64,000 bases of DNA from Candidatus Zambryskibacteria bacterium RIFCSPHIGHO2_01_FULL_46_25 (GTDB lineage Bacteria > Patescibacteriota > Minisyncoccia > Phycocordibacterales > Zambryskibacteraceae). Where the stretch lies: contig MHVH01000005.1 in assembly GCA_001825155.1 (NCBI GenBank), forward strand, positions 70,413 to 134,412, given 5' to 3'. How positions within the stretch are numbered: the stretch's first letter is position 1; each line of letters opens with the position of its first letter. A program made the translations under genes and the position numbers. Below the pieces are notes generated by a model. The model ran no database searches. It was not told the origin of the DNA and was given only the letters and a program-made list of their open reading frames with translations. Shown in pieces: positions 54,004-64,000 of this stretch.

Positions 54004-54627
54004 ATGAGCAAATATATAGCCATAGTTATCGCGCTTGTTGTGGTGGGGAGCGCCTTTTTTATCAACATTTCCGCTCCGAAGCCGGACGGAAACGTGGGTG
54101 GAATGGGATTAATGCTCCCTTCTTTGTCCTTTTCTCTCTCCAATATTCGCATGCCGAGCCTTGTGGCGAAGCCCTTGCCGCCTGAGGGAGTTCAAGCATG
54201 GAAGACATTCGAGCAGTACAGAACTTTCGCCCAAGAAGGCAATCTCGATGGCGTAAAAAGCCTTTCTCATCAAGTATCAGAAACTTGCGCCAATCCGGCC
54301 ACGTTCGCGGAGTGCCAAGTGTTGATGAATAACGTAGTGGTCTTCACCGAAAATTTCCGCGAAGAAGATTTCAAGAACGTATTCTTTGACGAGCGGCAGA
54401 TTGTCATGTTTACCGACCCTACCGAAACCGCGGAAGGTGATTCTCTAGCGCAAGTGATACTCTTCTTCACGCGAAGAGAATCCGGCGAGCCGAAGGTGCT
54501 CGGCATGCGATTCTGCTTCAAAATGAAATCGGATGAAGAAAAAAACTGCTTCAGCGGCGACCCCGCGACCCGAGATCTGGACGGCAACGGCTGGTGGGAT
54601 TCCGTCGAATCGCTATTCTACAAATAG
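54004..54627 (+). CDS. Secreted/anchored hypothetical protein
   Basis: An N-terminal hydrophobic segment. No family recognised. Confidence 0.4.
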   Translation: MSKYIAIVIALVVVGSAFFINISAPKPDGNVGGMGLMLPSLSFSLSNIRMPSLVAKPLPPEGVQAWKTFEQYRTFAQEGNLDGVKSLSHQVSETCANPATFAECQVLMNNVVVFTENFREEDFKNVFFDERQIVMFTDPTETAEGDSLAQVILFFTRRESGEPKVLGMRFCFKMKSDEEKNCFSGDPATRDLDGNGWWDSVESLFYK

Positions 54628-54639
54628 ACACAATGTCGC

Positions 54640-54855
54640 TTACTTAAGGCAAGGAGCAAACTGACAATAAGGAGGAGTTCTATAAACTTCCGAACCATCT
54701 GGACATATGGCATAATCCGCGGAGCATGCCCAGCTGCCGTCTATAACGGTTTCTTTCGGCTCCGCGATGTTTTTGCTAAATATCGAATAGGAAAACAAAC
54801 CGAATAGAAGAATGAAAATAGTTCCCCAGATAATCGTGCGTACATCAAGCGTCAT
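54640..54855 (-). CDS. Small membrane protein with a Cys-rich extracytoplasmic tail
   Basis: ORF only. Confidence 0.3.
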   Translation of the reverse strand: MTLDVRTIIWGTIFILLFGLFSYSIFSKNIAEPKETVIDGSWACSADYAICPDGSEVYRTPPYCQFAPCLK

Positions 54856-55442
54856 AATCTAAAATTTAACAAGGCATCGAATGCTTCCGGAAGACTCGTG
54901 ATGCCAGCCCTTGCGTCAAAATGACCCTTCCCATGACATTCGAGAACTTTGGCGCCGGCTTTCTTAATCCAGGCTTCTTTGTTTTCCGGAGCGACAAACG
55001 GATCATCGTCGGAGAGAAGTACCGTAGCCTTGCCGGCAAGAATCTTCTTGATTCTTTCATCATTTCGCGGAGTGTTGACCCATGGCGCCACTATTTTTCT
55101 ATCTTCTTCCGTATCAATGTTTCGAACGTCATACCAGCCGGCGATGAAAACTGCTCCGCCGATTTTAGTTTCTTCCGGCAAGGTTTCAAGAAACCGCAAA
55201 ATCGCCTGGCAACCGATGCTATGACCGACAAAAAAAGTATTTTCGTTTGGAATGCCGACTAAGTTTTGCAGAAATGGAACCCAAGTTCCAATCTTTGGTT
55301 CGTCCGTATCCGGCATGGCGGGTGCCATGACCTCAAATCCGTTTTTCTTCAATTCATCCGCGAGCCACTTGAGCATCGGTTCCTCGGGCGACCCACTCCA
55401 CCCATGAATTATGTAAACCTTAAATTTTGGTTTTATATCCAT
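54852..55442 (-). CDS. Alpha/beta serine hydrolase (RBBP9/YdeN-like)
   Basis: GHSIG nucleophile elbow in a ~190 aa alpha/beta fold. Confidence 0.65.
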   Translation of the reverse strand: MDIKPKFKVYIIHGWSGSPEEPMLKWLADELKKNGFEVMAPAMPDTDEPKIGTWVPFLQNLVGIPNENTFFVGHSIGCQAILRFLETLPEETKIGGAVFIAGWYDVRNIDTEEDRKIVAPWVNTPRNDERIKKILAGKATVLLSDDDPFVAPENKEAWIKKAGAKVLECHGKGHFDARAGITSLPEAFDALLNFRL

Positions 55443-55454
55443 AAACTCAATATA

Positions 55455-56057
55455 TCAGGATTCCAGATTTTTTATATCTTCCAGAAGCTCAGGGAATTCG
55501 GGCATATTCAGATGCCCGCGGTCTTCAAAAATCCTGATTTTCGCATTCGGCAGAGCCTGTTGGAATTTCCCCAGCGATGAAAACGGCACAACCGGGTCAT
55601 CTTTACTATGATATATCATAGTATTCTCTGTTTGGAGATCGAGCTTCTCCGGCAGAGCGAAGCTTAAGAGAGAATAGCCTTCGCTATCTTTTTCATAAAC
55701 TCCGGCGACGAGCATTATGGCCCCGATTTTCTTCGGGAATTTGTTTTCGGAAAGATATTTTGCGAGAAACGAACTACCGAGAGAGTGTCCAATAAGGATA
55801 ACACCATCATTGAGAAACGGGATAAATTTCTCAAACCAAAGTTTCCATTCTTCAAACCTAGCATTGGTCCTGTTGGGCATCATGGGAATAATGACATCGT
55901 ATTTTCCAGCCAGCTTTTCTCTTAGCCACGGCTTCCAGTCGTCTGTGCTACTCTTCCACCTATCGATGTCAATTTCATAATTTCGCAGAAAATTCAGATA
56001 CTCTTCGTATGTCGCGAATGTGTCTCCCCCACCAATGATGAGTACCTGCTTTTTCAT
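55455..56057 (-). CDS. Alpha/beta serine hydrolase (RBBP9/YdeN-like), tandem paralog
   Basis: GHSLG nucleophile elbow. Confidence 0.65.
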   Translation of the reverse strand: MKKQVLIIGGGDTFATYEEYLNFLRNYEIDIDRWKSSTDDWKPWLREKLAGKYDVIIPMMPNRTNARFEEWKLWFEKFIPFLNDGVILIGHSLGSSFLAKYLSENKFPKKIGAIMLVAGVYEKDSEGYSLLSFALPEKLDLQTENTMIYHSKDDPVVPFSSLGKFQQALPNAKIRIFEDRGHLNMPEFPELLEDIKNLES

Positions 56058-56145
56058 AAAGATATTCTACCAATTTAAGTGAATTGACACTCTTTGACAA
56101 GAGAGTAAACTAGTGTCAGAACTGAAACAAACAAGGAGAATTACC

Positions 56146-57174
56146 GTGAACATTCACTATGTCTGGGGGAAGGCCGATTCTTTGCGAGGAGGCCTTTATC
56201 ATCTTCGCACCAAGGATGGCCGGAGGCGCCGGCCGGAGTATGTGACTGAATTCGGAGTGGAGTCGTTTGTCGACGATGAGTGCGCCATCCTCGAGAGCAA
56301 GGCGTTCCGAAACATGGCGCGCAAGACACAGGTCGTGACGATTCCGCAAAGCGCCATGATCAGGAATCGGCTCTCTCACGTAATGGAGGTTGTGGGCCAG
56401 GCGACTCGGCTTTCCGAGGCGCTTGGACTCAACACCAATCTGGTGAGAGCCGCCTCGCTTGGGCATGACATGGGACATGTCCCGTTTGGACATCCCGGCG
56501 AAGCCTGGATGCAGGGAGCTATGAAGCGCCACGACTTCTGCCACGAAGTGATGGGTGTCGTCATCGCCCAACATATCGAGCGACGCGGGCGAGGACTCGA
56601 CCTCTGTCACGAAACGCTCGAGGCCATGATGCGCCACAGCGGCAACCTGGCGAAGGAAGGCATGACCCAGGAAGCCTGGCTCTTGAGGTACGCCGACAAA
56701 ATTGCGTACCTCTTCCACGACGTGAACGACATCTTGGACCGTCTCGGATATCCCGCGAAGCCGGAGCTCCTTCAACTCATCGACGAGTTCGGCGACAACC
56801 AGAGGAGGCGAACCAGGACCGCGAGGTCCGGTCTCATCATCGAATCTGTCGAACTCGGGCGAGTGAGCTTCGAGGAATTGGAGCTTGGCATCAAGTTCCA
56901 GAAACTTCGGGATCTCATGTACGAGATTTACCCGAAGGTCATCGACCAGAACGTGGGAGCCACTATGGAGAAACTCCTCCGCGCTCTGGAAACGTTCGAC
57001 CTCGCCGACCCCTTTATGCTCCTCGCCTTGATGAACGATACTGACGCCATCTACCTTTCGTCGGTGGCATCGCCGAGCATGGAGGCATTCAAGAGAACGG
57101 ACCTGTGGGAAATCCGCCCGTATCTCGCCGAGATCGGCAAGGTGGACCTCTGCGACCCAGACCTTAATTGGTAA
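56146..57174 (+). CDS. dGTPase-like HD-domain triphosphohydrolase; high-GC3 gene
   Basis: HD motif (RLSHVMEV...GHDMGHVPFGH). The start is set at the GTG after an AGGAGA SD; the track's start at 56113 overlaps the -10. The promoter TTGACA, 16 bp spacer, TAAACT sits at ~56080-56110. Confidence 0.65.
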   Translation: MNIHYVWGKADSLRGGLYHLRTKDGRRRRPEYVTEFGVESFVDDECAILESKAFRNMARKTQVVTIPQSAMIRNRLSHVMEVVGQATRLSEALGLNTNLVRAASLGHDMGHVPFGHPGEAWMQGAMKRHDFCHEVMGVVIAQHIERRGRGLDLCHETLEAMMRHSGNLAKEGMTQEAWLLRYADKIAYLFHDVNDILDRLGYPAKPELLQLIDEFGDNQRRRTRTARSGLIIESVELGRVSFEELELGIKFQKLRDLMYEIYPKVIDQNVGATMEKLLRALETFDLADPFMLLALMNDTDAIYLSSVASPSMEAFKRTDLWEIRPYLAEIGKVDLCDPDLNW

Positions 57175-57232
57175 ATTAAGGTCAAATTGGTAGTTCGCGT
57201 TCGAAGGGCCGCCACAGCGTGGCGGCCCTTTT

Positions 57233-58435
57233 CTATTGCAATAAATTCTCTATCTCCACCAGTCGTTCGTATTTGCGGGCTTTTTCTTTCTGCCTCAGCG
57301 AGCCGGCTTTGATGAAGTCACACTCGAGTCCAACGGCCAAGTCGGAGATGAAGGTATCAAACGTCTCCCCCGCTCTATGCGAGACAAACGGCGTCATGCT
57401 GGCCTTCTTTGCCGCGTTTACCGCGCCTATGGTCTCGCTCAAGGTACCAATCTGATTCGGCTTGATGAGAACTGAGTTCACCGCTCTTGTTTGCGCCGCC
57501 TTATCAATCCTTTTTATATTGGTGCAAAGCAGGTCATCTCCGATAATAAGCATTTTCTCTCCAAGCGATTTCATCATGGCGGTAAATCCATCCCAGTCGT
57601 CTTGAGCAAAGCCATCTTCTATATAAGCTAGAGGGTGTTTTGTCGCCAATTCTTCATACCATTTCAAGAGTTCATCCCGATTAAATTTATTTTTTCCAAT
57701 CTCGTATAAACCGTTTTTATAGAAGCTGGACGCTGCCGCGTCTATACCGATTTTAATTTGTTCGAGAGAATAGCCGGCATTCTTTATCGCCTCTTCTATC
57801 ATCACGACCGCTTCCTCATTCGAGCCAAGCTTCGGAGCGAAGCCGCCTTCCGCTCCATAAGAAATGCTAAAACCTTTTATTAAAATCAGCTCCCGCAGAG
57901 CGGCAATCACCTTCCCCGCCGAAGACACCTTCGCGCGGAAACCGGAAATGCCCACGGGCACCATCCAGAATTCCTGGAGCTCAAGGCCGCTATCAGAATG
58001 CATACCGCCCTCTATGATATTGAGTGCCGGCACCGGAGGAACAAAGTGCTCGTTCCCGGCAATTTTGCCTATATATTCGAAGAGCTCCAAACTAAGCTCC
58101 TTGGCACAAGCGCGAGCGAAGGCATAAGAGACGGCGAGCGCGGCATTGGCTCCCAGCCGCGATTTGCTAGCCGTGCCATCGAGATTTATGAGCGCTTCAT
58201 CGAGGCTCTTCTGGTCGAATTCCCGCCCCGCTAGACTCGCCGCAATCTCACCATCTACATTTGCCACAGCCTGCGACGCTCCAAGCTCTACCGCTTCGTG
58301 GATACCCACGCTTGTGCCGGATGGCACGGAAGCCACTCCCTCCGCTCCGCTCTCGAGCTCGCACAAGACTTCGACAGTCAACTTGCCTTTAGAGTCTGGA
58401 ATCTCTTTCGCTTTAAGTAATTTTATCTTCGCCAT
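57233..58435 (-). CDS. eno: Enolase
   Basis: SHRAGETFDTFISDLAV and other enolase blocks. Confidence 0.9.
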   Translation of the reverse strand: MAKIKLLKAKEIPDSKGKLTVEVLCELESGAEGVASVPSGTSVGIHEAVELGASQAVANVDGEIAASLAGREFDQKSLDEALINLDGTASKSRLGANAALAVSYAFARACAKELSLELFEYIGKIAGNEHFVPPVPALNIIEGGMHSDSGLELQEFWMVPVGISGFRAKVSSAGKVIAALRELILIKGFSISYGAEGGFAPKLGSNEEAVVMIEEAIKNAGYSLEQIKIGIDAAASSFYKNGLYEIGKNKFNRDELLKWYEELATKHPLAYIEDGFAQDDWDGFTAMMKSLGEKMLIIGDDLLCTNIKRIDKAAQTRAVNSVLIKPNQIGTLSETIGAVNAAKKASMTPFVSHRAGETFDTFISDLAVGLECDFIKAGSLRQKEKARKYERLVEIENLLQ

Positions 58436-58444
58436 ATCAAAATA

Positions 58445-59242
58445 TTAGAGGGGTCTGAATGCCAGTTTGCCGGCCAAATGCCTTTCGGCTTCCAATATTA
58501 CTTTTTCCATGGCGGTTACGGCCTCGACTGGATGCTCGCCCACGGAAGTTTCTTCGGAGAGCATTACGGCATCAGAGCCTTGGAGAATGGCATTCGCCAC
58601 ATCCGTTACTTCCGCTCGGCTGGGTCTGTCGTTGCGAACCATGGAGAGAAACATTTCTGTCGCGGTTATAACCGGCTTCCCGGCCGCCTTGCACTTGGAA
58701 ATTATGTCAGCTTGGATAAAAGGGATTTTCTCAAGCGACACCTCATGTCCTAGGTCTCCGCGCGCAATCATAATAGCGTCCGATGAATTTATAATGCCAT
58801 AAAGATTTTCGAGAGCCTCTTTCCTCTCAATCTTGGCAATAATCTTTTGCTTGCCGCGGCAATTACTTATTTCCCTCCTGTATGCCTCCACATCTTCCGC
58901 CGAAGCGACAAATGAGAGCGCTACCCAATCAATATCCTTCTCTGCTCCGAACACAAGAGACTTCCTGTCCTGCTCCGTCACGCCGGACCGGCCGGGCTCG
59001 TAGCTATGCCCCCCTCCGGCAGCCTTCCTCGATCCGGGCAAATCTTGGATGATAGGAATCTTTTTGCCGTGCTTGCGCTCAAGCCTGCGAATCGTTTCCA
59101 GCTGACTCTCTCGTCTGCCGAAGTCCGACCAAGCGAAGTTGAATCTCACTACGTCCATTCCGTGCTCAAGCATGGCTTCGAGAACATACTCCTTCTCCGA
59201 TGCCGGACCTATGGTTACGATAATTTGCGCTTTCGATATCAT
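58445..59242 (-). CDS. Pyruvate kinase-like protein: A-domain barrel only (no B lid domain, no C-terminal domain)
   Basis: TIGP, NFAWSD, MIARGDLG, ITATEM and the QGSDAVMLSEETSVG segment align to the PK barrel. The ~100-aa B domain is replaced by ~15 residues, and the protein ends after the barrel. Confidence 0.7.
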   Translation of the reverse strand: MISKAQIIVTIGPASEKEYVLEAMLEHGMDVVRFNFAWSDFGRRESQLETIRRLERKHGKKIPIIQDLPGSRKAAGGGHSYEPGRSGVTEQDRKSLVFGAEKDIDWVALSFVASAEDVEAYRREISNCRGKQKIIAKIERKEALENLYGIINSSDAIMIARGDLGHEVSLEKIPFIQADIISKCKAAGKPVITATEMFLSMVRNDRPSRAEVTDVANAILQGSDAVMLSEETSVGEHPVEAVTAMEKVILEAERHLAGKLAFRPL

Positions 59243-59243
59243 A

Positions 59244-59876
59244 TTATGCCGGTACTTCTGATTCTGTTTGCCTCACTTCCTTCTTAACCGTGCGCCCTTC
59301 GCCGTCAACCTCGTATATAAAAATTGCGCCGAATGGCATCTCGATATCTGCAATACCATCGTCGGAAATATTTTCAATATATTTTATCAGCGCCCGGACA
59401 GAATTTCCGTGCGCCACCACTAATACATTTTTCCCCTCCTTAACCTTAGGCAAAATATTTTGCATGAAATAAGGCAGGACGCGCCCATAAACCATTTTCA
59501 AAGTCTCGCCATTCGGTATGGGATAATCCCAACCGCGGCGGAGCTTCTTATATTCCTCCCCTCCCAGAAGTTTCTCCATATCCCACTTGTTCTTGCCAGT
59601 ATAATCCCCATAATCGCGCTCATTCAGTGCTGCGGAATGCTCGGTCGGTATTTCATAGCGCTTGCAAACATTGAGCATGCAAGAAAGAGTTTCTATGCTC
59701 CGCACCAACATCGATGCGAAAGCCTGATCAACCTTAATATCTTGTATGAGAAGTCCCATATCCTCAGACTTTTTGAAACCATACGGGTCAAGATGCCGAT
59801 CGCGAAGACCCGTCCATTTTCCTTCCTTGTTCCACTCCGATTCGTGATGCCGGGCGAGAATGAGCTTACCGGTCAT
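59244..59876 (-). CDS. gpmA: 2,3-bisphosphoglycerate-dependent phosphoglycerate mutase
   Basis: LARHHESEWN histidine-phosphatase motif and VVAHGNSVRAL. Confidence 0.8.
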   Translation of the reverse strand: MTGKLILARHHESEWNKEGKWTGLRDRHLDPYGFKKSEDMGLLIQDIKVDQAFASMLVRSIETLSCMLNVCKRYEIPTEHSAALNERDYGDYTGKNKWDMEKLLGGEEYKKLRRGWDYPIPNGETLKMVYGRVLPYFMQNILPKVKEGKNVLVVAHGNSVRALIKYIENISDDGIADIEMPFGAIFIYEVDGEGRTVKKEVRQTESEVPA

Positions 59877-60853
59877 GGCATTGGGTTTACTAAGTTTCTG
59901 GGCGTAGCACCTTCGAGAAAATCGATGACGTTGTCTGCCGCGAGTTCAGCCATCTGGTTTCTCGCCTCAATACTCGCGGAGGCGATGTGTGGCGTAAGAA
60001 TTATGTTCTGGAGCTTGATGAGCCCGTCTGATATCTTCGGCTCGAATTCGAAGACGTCGAGAGCGGCGCCGGCGATAACACCTGTCTTTAAAGCTTCTTC
60101 AAGTGCCGATTCCTCGACCACCGGTCCGCGGGAGGTGTTAATGAGAAAACTGGTGGGCTTCATCTTACTGAAACTCTCTTTGTTCATGAGATGCCTTGTG
60201 GACTCAAAAAGCGGTACGTGGAGTGATACGATATCCGCTTCGCTCAAAACTTCTTCAAGCGAACTCTTGTATACTGCTCCGCATTCCGCTTCGAATTTTT
60301 CATTCCTTGCCACATCGGTATAAACAATCTTCATGCCAAGACCCCGAGCGTATTTGCCTACTCTGCCGCCAATCCTGCCGGCGCCGACTATGCCAAGCGT
60401 TTTCCCCAGTACATCGGTACCGATGAAGTTCATGGGCGACCAGCCTTGGTAAAGACCCTTTCGCACGTATTCGTCCGACTCGACAATGCGCGCCGCCAGA
60501 GCAAGCATCAGGGCGATGGTGTGCTCCGCCACCGCTTCCGATGTGAGCTCCGCCGGAGCATTCGCCACCATAATGCCGCGTCGACCGGCTTCGGCAACAT
60601 CTATGTTGTCGAAGCCGGTCGCATAATTCGCGTAGAGCTTTACCGAAGGAGTTGCGTCAAAGATTTTCGAATCGATTTTATCCGTAAGCAGCGTTATCAC
60701 CGCGTCATAGGGTTTCGTTTTAAGAAACCCTAAAAGTTGATCCTGTGTCGGAATGGATTCGCTCTCGTTTACATCCACTTCATATCCCTTATCTCGAAGT
60801 TTTTGAATTCCTATTTCCGGAATTTTCCGCGTCACAAAAATAACCTTTGTCAT
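59873..60853 (-). CDS. D-isomer-specific 2-hydroxyacid dehydrogenase (glycerate/phosphoglycerate dehydrogenase-like)
   Basis: NAD fold (GIVGAGRIGGRVG) and a catalytic His/Glu/Arg region. Confidence 0.75.
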   Translation of the reverse strand: MTKVIFVTRKIPEIGIQKLRDKGYEVDVNESESIPTQDQLLGFLKTKPYDAVITLLTDKIDSKIFDATPSVKLYANYATGFDNIDVAEAGRRGIMVANAPAELTSEAVAEHTIALMLALAARIVESDEYVRKGLYQGWSPMNFIGTDVLGKTLGIVGAGRIGGRVGKYARGLGMKIVYTDVARNEKFEAECGAVYKSSLEEVLSEADIVSLHVPLFESTRHLMNKESFSKMKPTSFLINTSRGPVVEESALEEALKTGVIAGAALDVFEFEPKISDGLIKLQNIILTPHIASASIEARNQMAELAADNVIDFLEGATPRNLVNPMP

Positions 60854-60882
60854 GGCTAGATTATAACACCAATCGGCGGGTA

Positions 60883-62100
<1,218 letters not shown>

Positions 62101-62147
62101 AGCCTTGCGCGAAGAAGGGAAACCCTTGAGTACTTAATACTCCCCAA

Positions 62148-62175
62148 GTATATACTATCTAAAATTAGTTGTCAA
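62148..62175 (-). promoter_or_regulatory. Proximal promoter of the helicase gene (TTGACA, 16 bp spacer, TATACT)
   Basis: On the minus strand, ~40 nt upstream of the ATG. Confidence 0.45.
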
Positions 62176-62244
62176 TATCCCACCCTCACTCCCTCCCCGA
62201 CATACTATGTCGAGGAAGAGTTATTGGGTTATAAATCAAAAATC

Positions 62245-62630
62245 CGAGCATGAAGCTCGGACTACTCAAAAGATCGCGTGTTCTTGAAATACGGTCTGGA
62301 AGTTGCAGACTCTGCACCGGACCTATGCAGTCTTACCTTGTCTGCAACTTCCCTACCAGGAGGGAGCCTTCTCCTCTCCCATCAGAGAGACTTTCGAGAC
62401 TCGAGCGGCCAGAGCCGCCTCTAGTAACTGTCTTCCTCCAGTTGGCCGGGTGGCTTCGTGGCAACGGCGACCTAGGATGACCGTTGATGCGACTCCTTCT
62501 CCCGCTGGAAGCTGAGGTCGTCGGCCTGCATCGCCGATCCTCGCGGAGTTACGTACTTGGTACCACCGGGACATTCCCGCATCTCTCCTGATCTGGGTAG
62601 AGATATTACTCAAATTAAAATGCGTGTCAA
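62245..62630 (-). promoter_or_regulatory. Distal promoter (TTGACA, 16 bp spacer, TAATAT at ~62603-62630) plus a ~350-nt GC-rich structured leader/ncRNA upstream of the helicase gene
   Basis: The promoter starts right after the VanX-like stop. The transcribed region contains a 13-bp perfect stem, GGAAGTTGCAGAC...GTCTGCAACTTCC (~62298-62352), and other hairpins. The only ORFs are short, overlapping and without GC3 bias. Confidence 0.35.
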
Positions 62631-62640
62631 ATATCAGTAT

Positions 62641-63282
62641 TTAAATATGTACTACTGGACCATAAAAGCATTCTTCTTTTCCGGAATACGCGGCCCACAT
62701 TCTGTCGCCGTATGAGTAGTGCCACCATTCGAGCGGATAATTCGCGAAACCAGCTTTTGTCATCGCGTCATATAAAACCTTCCTGTTTCTCCTCTGCTCG
62801 TCTGTTATCAAGTTATTTTCGGTATGCACCTTTACTCCGAAGTCAGTCAGCGCTGTTCCCATATCCAGCCTATTCCCCCGCTCATCGAGCACAGTAACAT
62901 CCACAGCGCCTCCATACTGGTGAGAAGAACCTCCTGGGGGTGAAGTGTATCTGTTTACCAGCCTTCTCCATTTCGGGTATTGGAAAATCATTAGAAAGAA
63001 GTGCTTCCTGGCTAGTTGCTTCTGCCTCCGTGCGTATAGTTCTTTCTGCATCCAGATTGGCCTGTAAGCGGTTACGATGAGCAATTTGTAGCCGGGAGGC
63101 AAGTTGTCGGCTACGGCATAAAGTAATTCTTGAGCCGATTTTCTCAAGCGGGCATCCAGATACCTATGTTCCTTCAGAAGCGATATGCGCTCTGTTTCTC
63201 GAATTTCCACCAGAGGTTCCCCATTCTCAACAATCTTTACTTTCTGTATCTCCTCAAGCGGCAGTCCTTTCGTAATTTGCAT
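62641..63282 (-). CDS. D-Ala-D-Ala dipeptidase-like M15 peptidase (VanX/DdpX family)
   Basis: SSHQYGGAVDVT (SxHxxGxAxD) and EWWHY motifs. Confidence 0.75.
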   Translation of the reverse strand: MQITKGLPLEEIQKVKIVENGEPLVEIRETERISLLKEHRYLDARLRKSAQELLYAVADNLPPGYKLLIVTAYRPIWMQKELYARRQKQLARKHFFLMIFQYPKWRRLVNRYTSPPGGSSHQYGGAVDVTVLDERGNRLDMGTALTDFGVKVHTENNLITDEQRRNRKVLYDAMTKAGFANYPLEWWHYSYGDRMWAAYSGKEECFYGPVVHI

Positions 63283-63402
63283 GGTTTAAAGAATATCACG
63301 TGCTGGTTGGATACTTGCCATACCAAAGCTTGGTGCGAAGGATGGGAATGAGATTGGAACCATTCTAACCCAACATCTTTAAGGTTGAAGCTAGTTTGAC
63401 TA

Positions 63403-64000
63403 CTACATGAGAAAGATTAGAGCTAAACCACTAATAACAATTGACCATAGACGTTTGTCTTTCAAAAAATCCAGCCTCCCAACATATCTTCTTTTTGAGG
63501 AAAACAGCATAGATACTATTATCATAAAGATAATCAAAATCAGCGCCATTCCCAACATAAGATTTAATGTGTCCCGAGCGGTCAAATTAGCAGTGGCGAT
63601 GGTTATATTGGTTAATATAAAAGCGATAATGGCTGAAAATATACCTAAAATTTCGATTAGTCTTTTTTGTTCTCCTCGTATTTTTTGCTCTATACTATCC
63701 TCAAAAAAATCTACTCTTTCCATCATCATCTGAAAGTCATTCAATCTATCACTCAAACTATTCAGTCGAGTTTCAATATCCCACTTACCAAGACCGACTA
63801 TTTTTACCTTACTAAGAAACTCTCTTTCGTTCTTAATTAAAACCTCAGCTTCAGTAATTTTTTTCTTTTTAAGAAGTTGTTCAAAATATTGTTTAACTGC
63901 AAGAAAATAATTATATACGAAAATGGCGTTATCTTCGTCTAATTTAATGGCTGTTCTATGTTCATCTAAAGCATTCTCAAAAGTAAAATTTGATGCTAAA
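63403..64000 (-). CDS. Hypothetical protein with a C-terminal 2-3 TM region; the N-terminus lies beyond the window end (partial)
   Basis: The reading frame is open from 64000 down to the stop at 63403. The track reports only the part from an internal TTG. AT-rich. Confidence 0.4.
   Translation of the reverse strand, partial: LASNFTFENALDEHRTAIKLDEDNAIFVYNYFLAVKQYFEQLLKKKKITEAEVLIKNEREFLSKVKIVGLGKWDIETRLNSLSDRLNDFQMMMERVDFFEDSIEQKIRGEQKRLIEILGIFSAIIAFILTNITIATANLTARDTLNLMLGMALILIIFMIIVSMLFSSKRRYVGRLDFLKDKRLWSIVISGLALIFLM

Noticed and set aside
62353-62613. 86-aa minus-strand ORF (73 aa from its ATG) in the GC-rich leader of the helicase
   Set aside because: It has a weak SD and an Arg/Gly/Ala-rich product with no GC3 bias (~55% versus >80% in genuine high-GC genes here). 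It overlaps strong RNA hairpins. It is more likely non-coding.

Overview
This 64 kb window looks like bacterial chromosome from a small, streamlined genome (~50% GC, standard genetic code; TGA, TAG and TAA are all used as stops). Most genes are on the minus strand. The gene set fits a reduced Patescibacteria/CPR-like or similar minimalist bacterium; that is inference from gene content only.

Core content, in window order:
- A copper operon: csoR plus the 5' end of copA running off the left edge.
- The start of the division/cell-wall cluster (mraZ-rsmH-ftsL-ftsI), then gyrB.
- A single-chain mitochondrial-type PheRS, a processive GT2 glycosyltransferase with a thioredoxin-like partner, and an HNH endonuclease beside tRNA-Thr.
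- Translation genes: tsf, rpsB, prfA, rpmE, rplY.
- A glycolysis/pentose-phosphate block: fba, pfkB-type kinase, split transketolase, rpe, rpiB, gap.
- tRNA-Ser; GGDEF, TPM-domain and LemA genes; groES-groEL; secG; an orphan family-5 substrate-binding protein; RNase J; an MFS transporter; pyrG; an M23 peptidase.
- An ECF sigma factor with a DUF5667 anti-sigma-like partner; a cupredoxin/S41 peptidase/GDSL operon; CYTH and PspC-domain genes.
- ftsE-ftsX, tRNA-Gln, two paralogous PaaX-like regulators, and a second glycolytic block (eno, a truncated pyruvate kinase, gpmA, a 2-hydroxyacid dehydrogenase).
- A DEAD-box helicase, a VanX-type dipeptidase, and a partial membrane-protein gene running off the right edge.

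Accessory and unusual content:
- Strong sigma70-type promoters of the form TTGACA, 16-17 bp spacer, then TATGAT/TAAGAT, often with an extended TGC. The TTGACAAGAT...TGCTARGAT subfamily drives short genes with extreme GC3 bias, which look foreign.
- A 64-nt element conserved downstream of both gyrB and groEL.
- Three GC-rich structured non-coding regions: between groEL and lemA, upstream of the DEAD-box helicase, and a 6S-like RNA candidate upstream of gyrB.
- A 2.8 kb segment beside tRNA-Gln flanked by ~85 bp inverted repeats that carry outward-facing promoters.
- An AT-rich islet holding a HEPN-like gene pair, and tRNA-linked scars at tRNA-Ser and tRNA-Thr.

No CRISPR array and no rRNA genes were seen.

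On precision: CDS end coordinates come from the supplied ORF track. Non-CDS coordinates were read from the sequence by eye and are good to about +/-2 nt.
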